This document shows, piece by piece, positions 1 through 14,756 of a stretch of DNA of 64,000 nucleotides. The translations under genes and the position numbers were made by a program. The stretch is taken from contig CM022678.1 of NCBI GenBank assembly GCA_012295275.1, forward strand, positions 3,472,001 through 3,536,000. Direction: 5' to 3'. Origin of the DNA: Chrysomallon squamiferum. Taxonomy: Eukaryota > Animalia > Mollusca. Each line of letters opens with the position of its first letter. The stretch's first letter is position 1. The notes below the pieces were generated by a model. It was not told where the DNA came from. It worked only from the letters and a program-made list of their open reading frames with translations, and did not search any database.

Positions 1-74
1 TATTTTTCTTAGGTCTCTCTTAACATTTTATTTTTCATTAACCAAGGTGGTATGTTTTATACATCTTACTTTAG

Positions 75-906
<832 letters not shown>

Positions 907-941
907 AATGTGAATTAAACAAAAAAATAAAAAAAAGTAAA

Positions 942-947
942 AATAAA
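942..947 (+). terminator. Likely polyadenylation signal of RPL30
   Basis: AATAAA at 942-947 (another at 926-931) shortly after the stop codon, followed by T/GT-rich sequence. Confidence 0.6.
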
Positions 948-3526
948 CTTTTTACACAACTGGACCCACTTCTGTTCTGATGTTCTTACTCAATTGTAAT
1001 GGAAATATGTATTTATAATTAGTTTTATACCTAAGAATTAATGCTTCATTTCTGGTCAAAAGAAAATTATTGTTGTAGTTCACAAATAATATTACAATAT
1101 TAACAAATAGTTTGTTTTATGAGAAACAAATAGTGCAAGCTGAAATCTCCAGTCTTAAATTATGATGGGAGGTTAAAAAAAAAAAAAAAAAATAAAATAA
1201 CCAATTATGTTAAGGTTTTCCAGTGGTAAAAATCCTTGTTGCTGACAAAAATTGGTTTTCTTTTCCCAATTTTAAACTGAATATAAATTGTTGTTGGGAA
1301 AACAAAAAAAATTTGAATCGGAAAGTTATTTTGAAGATAGTTATTACTCCCAAGTCCATTTATATAATATAAATGTTCATCCAAAACATTTGTAGAAAGG
1401 TTTAGCCCAATCATTTTGGAGGATGGATTTTTGAAATGGACTCATAAAATGACAAAAAAGTACTGGAACAAAATGGTGTTGAATATATCTGTACAAATAT
1501 CTAAATATTGACTGCATTATTTAACTTTAAAAATGCTAGGAACTTTTGTTTCCAAATGCCCAAAATGGCTGATAAATAAAATTAAGTTCTGTTTCTAAAT
1601 TTATTAAACATTTTAATAAAACTTGGTAATTTATTAAAATGATCCATAATGAAGCTGATGTGTACCTTGGTATTTTATTTAAATGATTAATAATTAATTA
1701 ACATAATTTATTAGAGTGATTAATAATATTACATATATACCTTGGTAATTTATTGAAATGACTACCATTTTAGCAGGAAATGGGCTATTCTCAGATTGAT
1801 TTTTTTCAACAAGGAAACTTTTTTATCAGAATATTCCTATAAACAAAAAATAACAGCTTTGTGTTGGACATGCCAATCATGGAACATTGGCTGGAATGAT
1901 GAGCCACTGAGCACAGAGCAAAGCTTTGATCATGTAACCTCTTGTTCAGTGATGTGCTAACACTGTACAGCATCTCTAACAAAAACAAAAACAAGTTTTG
2001 TGTAAAATGGTTTTATTCTACTTTGTTCCTGATCTAAATACGTTTCTATAACATGGAAATACACACACTAGATTATGTAGAACTAAAGATGAGACCTTTC
2101 TGCAGAGAACTGTCAACATTAAAGCATTTGTGTTTTGGAAAATGTTAAAAAAAAAAACAAAAACATTTCAACATGAAGGTGTGTTAGGACAGCACAACTG
2201 TGGCTTGAGGTTTTACACGTAAAAAATATAAAAAGGAATTTTTTGGTATTTAATTAAGTTGATTTGTTTTTAAATTTGTGTTTTGATAAAGAAATAAAAA
2301 TTACAGTGTACACTTAGTCAGCAATAACAAAAACTAAAAACAAGCAGTTTGGATAACTAACAAACAAAAATTTCTTAGGGCAATTATGAAAAAATATTTT
2401 TTTATTCTCTGGTTTGTCATATTTTTTGGCTTTATGTTTTAATACACACACACACACTTGTTTTCACTACAGAAGTTGGTGCATTATTGTCTATTTTTTT
2501 TAGGATAATCATCTACATTTGATTTGAAAATAAAGCATAAGAATCCAAACTGCTTTAATCAACTTAACAAAATGACATTAACATTAATTTTCCCAGTTTA
2601 AACAAGACAAAACAAAAAATCCCATCCCAGAATCAAAATAAAACCACAGAGATGAATGAATGAATCCCAAACAAAATCCCCTTTTCCTTACAATGAACAT
2701 ACAAAAACAAAATATACATTTTTTTTCTCTCTCTACATATTTAAAATCTGTAGGGAATGACTGGGCAGGGTTGTCACCATGGTGACAAAAGAACAGCTGC
2801 TCAAAGAAGATGGATCTTCAATTTTTTACATACAAAAATAAACCTGGTTTCAAATCACTGCATTATTTACATACATGAACAAAATGCTCTGAATGATGAA
2901 ATGAAAATATGCAATAACACATTTAAAACCAAGGTTCTCTAATAAAGTGTTCTAATGAAACCATTAACCTGAACAGAATTTAATATTAAGATCAGGACTG
3001 TATGTTTGTATGTAAAATACTGTGTAATGTAAATTCTGTATCTATAATTCTCCCAGCTATCTATGATATTGTTCAAATGTCTTAAAATTAAATGTGAGGC
3101 AACCTGAGGAATTTTGTTAAGAACATATTCATCCACTAATGCTAATTTCATGTTGGATATCAGCCAAACAGTTTTCTTACAAATTACATATCCTTTAATT
3201 AACATTCTGCAATGTCCAGTATATAAATTTCTAAATTATTAATGAGTTGAATTAAACCAGATTTCTTAGATTAACATTTAAGATTTATTTGACTTGTTCA
3301 TTACTCAGATCAGTAAATTTGAACTATGATAGAAATAAATATACAAGCATTATACAAGATGTATGAAAACTAGATATGTTATCCACTATTATTGTTATTA
3401 CTCAATATTGTTGCAGTAGCTGTCGATATGATACTCTGGAAGATAAATATTTTTACAATAATAAATGTTCAGAAACCGCATTCTGGTGGTTATAACTGTA
3501 AAATGAAAAATTCTTATTATAAAGCT

Positions 3527-3527
<1 letters not shown>

Positions 3528-3592
<65 letters not shown>

Positions 3593-3593
3593 T
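3528..3593. repeat. (AAT)n microsatellite
   Basis: Direct observation; representative of dozens of AAT, AT and AAAT tracts in the window. Confidence 0.95.
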
Positions 3594-3990
3594 TAATATT
3601 AATATAACAAAATTAAGAAATGTTACCCATGGTTTGATCTCCACGTGATTTGGGAATAAATATATTTTCGTTAGTTTAGCCTTTTAGTTTAGTTTAAACT
3701 TAAAACTTAAAACCTGCACATGATCTCCTAACTATAATAATACATGACCAATACACATTGCATATTTTCATTTTATCCCATTCAGTAGAGTTACTGAGTT
3801 AACGTCAACAAATGCACTAAACTGTGACAACCTCCTCAACAGATTATTTACATATACATACACAAATGTTTACTAACATCAAACAATAAATACACAACAT
3901 CGCACAATGAATGTTTGAGAAAACAATGAATACATGGAAACAGTTTTTTTTTTCTGTATTAATATTTTACTTATATACATACATTTGATA

Positions 3991-4034
<44 letters not shown>

Positions 4035-4264
4035 TACATACGCACAGGCACAGGCACACACACACATATGTGTATATAAAATGTATGTATTTAAGTAAAA
4101 TATATCTATATTGCTTATGTTTTGTTTCATTTGCAAATAACAAGAACAACAGATGGTACAAATCTGCAAAAGAAACGGAAAAACTAAAGAAAAGGAAAAA
4201 ATTAAAAAAAGCTGTTATTTGGTTAAATTGAAAAATAAAATAAAACATTTTTCTTAATTATTCA

Positions 4265-4311
<47 letters not shown>

Positions 4312-4739
4312 TATTATTATTTATTTCTTAATTTATGTAATCTGACAAAAAAAAAAAACCCCAAAAAACATACATCTGTATTTAAAGTAACTTGGTATGT
4401 ATAATTCATTTTTTAAGTAAGGATAAACAAACAGGAAACTCATTGGTTATACACAGCAAACTATTCCAACTATTTAAAAGTAAAAATACTTTCTATTAAT
4501 AAAATAATAATCATAGTAGTAAATGGTAAAAGATATTGGAGAAAATGTTTAAAATCTTTAGAAAAAAAAAAAAAAAACTGAGACAGAATCATGGTCTACT
4601 AGAAAGATTGGATTTCACTAACTCCAGATATTGGTATGATTACTGTGTTTGATACAGATTAATATAACATTAATCAATTTGATTTGGGCGTGTACACTGT
4701 AATGTGACGTACCAGTTTCATACATTCGATTATTTGTAC

Positions 4740-4750
4740 GTGTGTGTGTT

Positions 4751-4791
<41 letters not shown>

Positions 4792-4797
4792 ATGTGT

Positions 4798-4838
<41 letters not shown>
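4740..4838. repeat. (GT)n microsatellite
   Basis: Direct observation. Confidence 0.95.
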
Positions 4839-4839
<1 letters not shown>

Positions 4840-6625
4840 TCCCTGAGCTGAATTTATTTAAATAAAATTCACAAAAAAAAAAAATAATAAAAAAAAAAAA
4901 AAGTGAAAATTACAGACTTTTCAACAGGAGCAAAAAAAAAAAAAAAAAAATTAATAATAATAATAAAAATAAAAAAATAAATATTGTAAATAAATAAATC
5001 AATCAATCAGTTAATATCTTTAGAAAAAAAAAAAAGGGAGAGTTTTTAAATTTTTTAATTCTTTATCTACCATTGTTAATTAATAAAAATGAAATTTAAT
5101 TACACGAGATTTCTTTTTACTATCAATTTATAATTTCACAAATAAATAAATGATCAAGAAATTGAAACATACTTGACTAAACCATTTCTTAAAATCAAAT
5201 TACCAACACAGTATTATTTCTATTTTGTTAAAATATAAAGATGTTTTTTTTTGTTTTTTTTGCTTATGATTGTTTTTGTTTTATTCAACTATACTGTTTG
5301 CCTAGTACTGTTATTATTATTATTATTAAATTCTTTATTTATTTTTGTTATTGCTGTTTAATTGTTTTCTCTCAATATTTTTCCATACATCAGGTGGTCT
5401 TCCAAAATTTATTTTGGTCTGTTTATTATAGATAAATGTTTTTCATATATATATATGTACATATACATATCAATATATATATATATAACATTCTATAGCT
5501 CATAAATTCATTAAAAAGGATTCTTTTGTAGTTGGTTTGTTTGTTTTTTATAAAAAGGTACTAAATGTAAATGTTTCAGAAGATGAATACAAAGAAGTAA
5601 ATGGAAAAAAATATATATAATAATAACAAACAAAAACCAAAAAATAAAAAATCTATACAAGACCAGCAACAAAAAAAAAAAAAAAAAATTGTGTAAATAA
5701 ATTGGTAATTATCTTTAAAATAAAACAAGAAAAATGTTTGTAAATGCCTTAAAAAAGATCCAGTATATTTATAAAAAAAACCTCTTAAATAAATTGTACG
5801 AGTTAAATTGTTACTGATAAATTTCCATTTGATACGTAATATTATTTCATTAAATGTTAAGCCTAGAATATATTCTGATATACTAAAATATATACAAATG
5901 CATGCAGCCTTGCATGCTTGAAAACATATATACAAAAAGAAATGTACATGTTATGGAATCTGAAATAACAATTCATCCCCTTAATAAAAGTATTTATATT
6001 TTATTGATATTAATTACAAAATCTGATCTACCTGACAAATTATAGTTAACAAAAGATGTAGAAATTAAACCATTATACAAGAATAATATAAGAGAGTAAG
6101 AAAATGTCTCAGTGAAAAAAAATGTAAAATGAATGTCATGGAAAATATTTATTTTAAACATTGAGTTTTCTTCACTGTCATTTTTTTTTTTTTTTACATA
6201 TATAATTAATTAATTAATATTTATCTTTAAAAAAAAAAAAAAAAAGATGAGAAAACTGTTAACAATTATAGAACAATACAAAACAAAAAATAATATATAT
6301 AAAAAAAAAATAGTAACAAAAGATTCATCCTCAAACTTCTATCTCAATAGTAATTTCTTTTTCTTTTATTTTTTATAATAAAATGAAAATTACAAATAAG
6401 TCTTTAAAAATGAAAAAATTCATCTTCTTAATGGCATAAATTAAGACAAAATATATGAACAATTTTAATAGAACTTGTCAAACCCAAAATTTAGATCTAA
6501 AAATGATTTTACCTAAGACAGTTCTTGTCACAAATCTGTACCAAAAACATATCTTCTTTAACACAACCAAATAAGATTACTACATTTTGTGGGCAATAAA
6601 CAGAAGGAAAGAAAATGAAAATGCT

Positions 6626-6662
<37 letters not shown>

Positions 6663-6871
6663 TAATAAATAATATCAAAAGGCAAGGATCTGATACTGAG
6701 AAATTCTTTAAAATTAAACTTAGTCAGAATACATGTAAATTTGGAAATATGATTCTGTTCAACAAATTACTCTTATAAAATTTTAATAAATTAATTTTTT
6801 TAATGGAACTGAAAGATTTTATTGATGGAAAGATAATAATGTTTTTTTTTTTTTTCAGGTAAACATTTTTC

Positions 6872-6910
<39 letters not shown>

Positions 6911-6973
6911 TACTATTATTAATATTGTAATTGTAACAAAAGCAGTTATAATGAAAGCAGTTATAATAAAAAC

Positions 6974-7007
<34 letters not shown>

Positions 7008-9055
7008 ATAATAATAATAATAATAAATACATTTGGTAAATAAAGACTTATTGCTATGAATACCATTAAAACAATAACACCAAGAAAACAAAATTCTTCT
7101 GCTTATCACACAGACTTTTCAAACTTTTGATCAGTGAAGAATGTAACATGAAACTCCAACAGAAAATAATCCTTCTGCAGCAGGAGATTCTGCACGATAC
7201 AGATATTTTACACACACACAATTTTCATATCACCTATTTACAAACATTTCATAGTTTCTTCTAAGTAGACATGAAATCACACAGTTGTGATTTTAGAAAA
7301 GAAATTTACAAAGGATTTGTTGCAATAATTTCTGATATTACTATATATTTTGCCTTTTCAGCATTAATGTCTTTTAATACATTTTAAATATAACTAAAAT
7401 TAAAACAGAAGTGTAACACACTGGTAAAAGAAAAACTTGTTATTTTATAAATGCAATATATATAGTTAAAATGTAAACACGAAATCATTTGTGCTTTAAA
7501 ATCTTGAAAAAAAAAATCTAATGTATATGATTTAAATTAGAAAAAAATGTATTTCATTCATTAAAAAGAAGAAAAAAAAAAAAAAGTTAGCTAAAATGTA
7601 AATATGAATTCATTTGTAATCTTAAAGCTAGAACAAATGAATCTCATGTACATAATTTAAATCAGAAAAAATTAATAAATAAATAAATGTTTCCTATTTA
7701 TTTTGAAATTATAGAAAAAGAAAAGAAAAAAGTGAATTTATATATTTTGAAATTTAAAATTACATTTTCCGGATAATAATAATAATAATATTTTAATTCT
7801 GAAATTTCTTTCGTTTTTGACATTTAAATTTACATGAAGTTTTTTCTTCATAACTGAAAGATACACTCTTTATTAGAATAGAATTATTATTATTATTATT
7901 TCATATTCCAATGATATCCAGACACATACACACACCCTGTTTATTAAAAAATATCTGGTTACGATGATTTAACATATATGAAGTATGTATGTGAGACATT
8001 TTAAAACACATCACAATTTTATAAACATTTAAACAAAATTATCTTTAGAAAAACTGGGGTTTTTTTTCATTTATAAAATATTTTAAATGTGGTTTTATAA
8101 TTTTCTTTAAATTATGTTAAAACCACAGAAAATTATTAGTAATTTTTTTAATTACAATGGTTTTGTTAAGACATTTCAGTTTAAATATTACATTATTAAT
8201 TACTTTCCATAAAAGAAAGAAAAAAACAACTTCAGGTATAAATTTACATATTTTCAGTTTCACACATGAGATCAGATCTAGTAGTAGAAAATGGTTTTAT
8301 TTGATGCAAAATTTATATAATGTTTAATACTACATTAAATACAATTTATATTTTAAGAAAAATCTAGAATAAAAATACTTAAGAAATATCCTTTAAAACA
8401 ACATTACAAAAAAATGGATTCCACATTTCATTTAAAGACATAATTTGCGATTGAGTTTTATTATTTATTTATTTATTATTATTATTATTATATTTGTTTA
8501 AATTATTATTTTCATTTTTATAAAATCTGAATACAAATGGAGATGGAATATGATGGATTTGTGGTAGTCTTGTGAATTTTGACAAATTAAAAAAAAAAAA
8601 AGTTCATTGGATATTTTCAAAGGCATTTTTAACTCTTCAACATACATTTAAAATTAGGTCCACATTAATTAATGTATGTGTGATATATATATGTATATTG
8701 ATATCAATTCAACACAATCTATTTACATATAAAAATGTTTTCCATTAAGTTAAATGCCATGGTTATAAACATAATGGTTTTTGATCTGCGCAGCAGTAAT
8801 ACATTTTATCCAAAGACCTAAAAAAAAAATATATGATTATAAAAAATGGATATATGTATGACAATGAAAGATTTAAAAAAACAACTTCCACATCTGATCA
8901 GATTAAAAAAATAAAATAATCAATGATCATTGAATGAACACAAGTTCACAATTGGCCATAAACAGTCTGCCCTCCTTGTCACAAAGGTGCATTTATGGTC
9001 ACATGGTATTTCTTGTCCAATCGAAAATGGTTTTACTAAATGAGTTCACTTCCTG

Positions 9056-12000
9056 TCATGTGGCCGAGTGTGAGAGGATTTTCTGAGCTTCTCTTATACC
9101 ACTTAGGTAAGCGCCTGTCACAGTCTGTGGAAACTGCCGATTGGTTGCCTGGAATTTTCACAAAACAACAAAATAAAACAAAGGAATTTTAAAGAATTTT
9201 TGGTAAACGTTTGGTTTATTTCACTACATTATGTTCAAGAGATTATTTTGTTTAAATACTGATAACAGAAAAAGAAGCTGTTTTACTTAAACATCAGCAA
9301 GACAAGCAGGTGAGAACAAACTTCAAACGTTTAATGAAACTTTCTAATTTGTAATGTAAAATGTATTATTCCATAATATGTTTTTAATTATGTTCACTAC
9401 TTTATTAAATATCGTAAGTTTGTAATAATTATGCTAATAGAGAAAACTTGATTTAAAAACGAAAGTCTTGTTTTATTAAAAACATATCCAAGGATCCTAA
9501 TAACTGTTAATTAATCCTAATAAAAAAACTTTTTTAAAAATTCAACACATTAAAAAAAAAAATCATTAAATGTTTTATAAATTTAAATCAATACCACCTC
9601 AGTTACAGTATCATATAAAATTAAAACTGTCTTTCTGATTTCCAGGAAACGCAGACATGATTTATCTCCCTCTACACTCACCTCTCCTGCAAAGAAGATT
9701 TTTTTGTCGACATCCTCGGCCATGATGTCGTACACAGACCCGTCCTTTCCTACAGGGAGATAACTGTAGACCATTCCTGCATACTGGTCTTCGCGCCAGT
9801 GGCTCAGAAAATAGTTGGCTGGCTGTGGAACATCCTGGTAAACAGAAGTGAATTAATGAATATTATTTTCTTTAACAACATGGTGAAACATTTAGTGTTG
9901 TCTGTTGTTATAGTCTAAGCCACAGGTCAGCAAAACTGGTTGGTACCAATCCACATTAACAGTAGTATGCAAAGGATTTTTAATATATAGAAACTCCAAC
10001 TGAGAGGAAAAAGTCTTCAAAAAATTAAATTAAATTAAAATAAAATAAATATCTTAGAAATTAAATTAAATTAAAATAAAATAAATATCTTAGAAATGCT
10101 AAAAACTATCTCCACACAATCTTTTCTGTCAAATCAGCTTCATTTTTTTTTTAATTCTCTCTCTCACTCTCCTCTTCTTCTCATTACCTCCCAAATTCTT
10201 TTTCTTTTTCTTTTCTTTCCTACTTTTTTCACCCCCCCATTTTCTCTCTCCAATATAGACAAAACATACATGACTTTAAAGATGTCCTATTTTATATGTA
10301 ATACTATATAGTCTAATATTATTATTTCAATTTAAATATTTAATGAGGACACATTTAAATATTAAAAAAGTGAATAGAAACACTTACGGTTTCTGGAAAT
10401 AGAGTTCTCAAGACTTCCAAACACATTTAAATATTAAAAAAGTGAATAGAAAAACTTACTGTTTCTGGAAATAGAGTTCTCAAGACTTCCAAACACATTT
10501 AAATATTAAAAAAGTGAATAGAAACACTTACGGTTTCTGGAAATAGAGTTCTCAAGACTTCCAAACACATTTAAATATTAAAAAAGTGAATAGAAAAACT
10601 TACGGTTTCTGGAAATAGAGTTCTCAAGACTTCCAAACACATTTAAATATTAAAAAAGTGAATAGAAAAACTTACGGTTTCTGGAAATAGAGTTCTCAAG
10701 ACTTCCAAACACATTTAAATATTAAAAAAGTGAATAGAACAACTTACGGTTTCTGGAAATAGAGTTCTCAAGACTTCCAAACACATTTAAATATTAAAAA
10801 AAAAAAAGAACAACTTACGGTTTCTGGAAATAGAGTTCTCAAGACTTCCAAACACATTTAAATATTAAAAAAGTGAATAGAAAAACTAACGGTTTCTGGA
10901 AATAGAGTTCTCAAGACTTCCAAACACATTTAAATATTAAAAATGTGAATAGAAACACTTAAATTTCTGGAAATAGAGTTCTCAAGACTTCCAAACACAT
11001 TTAAATATTAAAAAGTGAATAGAAATCTTACAGTTTCTGGAAATAGAGTTCTCAAGACTTCCAAACACATTTAAATATTAAAATAATGAATAAAACTGAA
11101 ACACTTATTGTTTCTGGAAATAGAGTTCTCAAGACTTCCAAACACATTTAAATATTAAAAAAAGAATAGAACAACTTTGGTTTCTGGAAATAGAGTTCTC
11201 AAGACTTCCAAACACATTTAAATATTAAAAAAAGGAAAATAGAACAACTTGCCCCTGGAAATAGAGTTCTCAAGACTTCCAAACACATTTAAATATTAAA
11301 AAAGTGAATAGAACAACTTACGGTTTCTGGAAATAGAGTTCTCAAGACTTCCAAACACATTTAAATATTAAAAAAGTGAATAGAAACACTTACGGTTTCT
11401 GGAAATAGAGTTCTCAAGACTTCCAAACACATTTAAATATTAAAAAAGTGAATAGAAATCTTACAGTTTCTGGAAATAGAGTTCTCAAGACTTCCAAACA
11501 CATTTAAATATTAAAAAAGTGAATAGAAACACTTACGGTTTCTGGAAATAGAGTTCTCAAGACTTCCAAACACATCTCTAACACTTCAGTTAAAAATGTT
11601 TTGCCTTGGATGAAATATTATTTTCTCTGTTATGTTGGTCACCAGGATGCTACACTCAGGACCCTGTTCAACACACGCAATACAGTTTTTTTTATATTCT
11701 GATGTTATTAAAAACACATAATTTTAAAAATTCTGAAATAAATTATACAGCTATGTGACAGATCTATTAGAATACTTGCACTATCACATAAACATCAAAA
11801 AAAAAATTAAAAAAAAAAAAATTAAAAAACAATTTATACAACTGAGTAGTATTTGATTAATAACATGTTCAGTATTAACAACAAGTTTTCAACAATGATT
11901 TGTATAACGAAACAAAACTGGAATAAGAATCGGCTGCCACAAAAATAATCAGTTATTCTTTCTCATCCTTAACATCAGAGTGATTATTTCCACAAGCACA

Positions 12001-12514
12001 GAGGAAAACCATTAACAAAGTTTTAGTTATGTCAGTCATAGGTGACACTGCCAAAAATCTGGTCATTTACACATCACAGATATAATAATGATTGGAAAGG
12101 AAAAATTAACAAAGTGCCCCCAAGAAGGATTGATCCAGAGATCTGTGGAACCTCAGGCGTATCAGAAGTGATGTGTTTACCTTTGGTGCTGACAGGTCAT
12201 AGAAAACACTGAACAAGCCTCGCTTTGACTCGTCCTGAGGTATATGACCAAAAAAATTGTCGTCCTTGATTTTTGATTTCCAAAACTTTCTGTCGAACTG
12301 CATCGCAAGCTGAAACAATTGATTAAAAATTACTTCTTTAAACAAATTTTTTAAAAATGTTTCATAAATATTATTTAATTATAAATTACTCAACAATCTT
12401 CATGATACAAAATATTCCAAAAATGTTAATCATAAAAATGTGTATGAAATTTGTAAATTTCTGTGAAAATGTTAGCCCTCTAATAATGTACACTATTAGA
12501 CTTATAATATATTT

Positions 12515-12581
<67 letters not shown>

Positions 12582-14042
12582 AACAGAGAGAGAGACGTAG
12601 GGAGAGAAGTGGTCAGAGAGACAGTCAGACAGGTTTCAGTAAACAACACTGTTATAATATAAAATATTCAATACCTTCTCCATGGTACCTGCACCCAGGG
12701 TAACAAATGCCTTCTGTTTACTCTCTGGAAGCTGGGGGTGAAACTTGACACACCCTTTTTTCAGCAGTATTAACGGAAGAGTCATAAGAACCTGACGAGA
12801 AAAAAAAAAATGTTGTTTCATGTAAAGTGACACATAAATTGTAAACACATCACATGAATTACTATGTAAGAGCAGACATTGATGATGTACAAAGACACTT
12901 GAGAGCAGAGTTCTGTCACATAAATGTGCCAAAGAAGAAAATGTGTAAGTAAAAGTATTGAATATGTGTGACTGACCTTGTTTGCACGGTACACTGAGCC
13001 TGATGACGTAGATACACAGATTATTTCATCAGAGTAATCTACACCAGTTACCTGATAAAAAAAAAAAATAATAAAAAAAAAAAATATTATTAACATTTAC
13101 ATTAACATTTTACATCTACTGTCATTAAAGTCAATAAATATTTTTTAGCTATACAGTAACCTTATATAATTTTTTTTTTTTAAACTCTTTATTAACATTT
13201 AAAATAACATTTTATATCTACTATTTAAATCAATAAATACTTTCCATCGAATAATCTACACCATTATCCCTTATGAAAAAAACAACAGGAAAATAATAAT
13301 AATGTAAACTTATTGTTTTACACTGAAAGTAATAACAGCACGACAAACCACATCACATACTTCAGTGTTTAATCTGACATCCAAGCCGTCTGCGATTTTC
13401 TGTAAGACCTGTGAGTAGCCTCCCTTCAACAGCACGTTCTCGCCTGCGAACTGCGGCAGGTCCTCGTTTTGATCCCAGCTCAGTGCTGACACCTGGTGGA
13501 GGGACCCACCGCACGCGTACTCGAGATTGCCAATGTGGAACTGAATCAGCTGCTCTTCCTCCTGCAAACAAAACTTTAAACTGTATTTCTTTTCTTCTTT
13601 CATTTTTAAACTTTTGTGTTCAGCGATAAACTGAAAATTAATTACTAAACAAAATCAACTGATATATTTTTTTTTGTAGTATAAATACTTGTTTAATGTT
13701 TTTATTATTCATCAGAAAGATATGTAAGTTGTTACTTACTTTAGAAAACTGGATTTGAGATTCCTCCACAAACTGCTGGTGCATTTCTTTGAACTTTTCT
13801 GAAATCAAGAACACACAGTTCAGTAAGACACATTCTCTGTATTTCTTTCACTGTTTCATCTCCCATTTAATTTCTCTGATTCTTTCACTGTTTTTCTTTT
13901 CTCTCACACCTGTCTATTATTTGTTTTTCTTTCATTATCATTTTCTCTCTTTTTCTCTGATACTATATATATATATATATATGTATATATCTCGCTTCTT
14001 CATTGCTTTCTCTCTCAATCTCACACACACACACACATATAT

Positions 14043-14073
<31 letters not shown>

Positions 14074-14551
14074 TATATACATACACACACACACACACAC
14101 ACACACATACACACATATGCTACATACGTACATACATACATAATACACACACACACACACACACACAGACACACACAAGGGAGATAACCAGGGAACCACT
14201 CACCTAGCAGACTGACATCGGCAGTGATGTCTTTGTTTTTCCTCCATTCTGCGATGATGTCAAGTAGAGCGTTGAAATGGAAATCTATCCTTCGATCTAG
14301 CAGTTCATCCACAACCTTTCCCTTCGTGTTAATCAGTGGACAGTGCTCGCTCATCACGTTCAGATCTAAACCTGCCTAGAGTTCAAACAGACAGTCAGAA
14401 ACAGAGACTGATGTAAAAACAGGATCTGTGTACATGAAAACCTCATTTCTACTTTATCATTTTAATATACAAATGGGAATACTGTTGATGATTAACTAAT
14501 TTTTTTTTTAATCATTTTAATATAAACATTCTCGTAACTATTTCCCCTCAG

Positions 14552-14626
<75 letters not shown>

Positions 14627-14725
14627 ATAAAACAGGTACTTTTGACTATGTAAAAAAAACCATTTAAGAGACTTTTGAGGGTTTTCCAAACAACTGCAGA
14701 CAAAATAACACCTTAAAAAAATAAG

Positions 14726-14756
<31 letters not shown>

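Noticed and set aside
1-30. Possible 3' end (ACA box) of an intronic H/ACA snoRNA in RPL30; vertebrate RPL30 hosts SNORA72
   Set aside because: Only 'taggtctctcttaACAttt' is visible at the window edge, which is too little without upstream sequence and an Rfam scan.
1620-1770. Three copies of cttggta(a/t)tttatt.aaatga; similar small duplications at 10020-10097, 17820-17970 and 33420-33580
   Set aside because: Ordinary local duplications with no evident function; noted only as background for the junction-bias test.
1860-1980. GC-richer patch with ATGATGA/CTGA words (snoRNA- or SECIS-like) and a minus-strand acceptor-like site
   Set aside because: Box spacing and stems do not fit either RNA class, and there is no recognisable peptide or partner exon.
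10349-11575. CRISPR-like appearance of regularly spaced repeats (also 46645-48110)
   Set aside because: No unique spacers, no cas genes, and a eukaryotic intronic context; these are plain tandem minisatellites.
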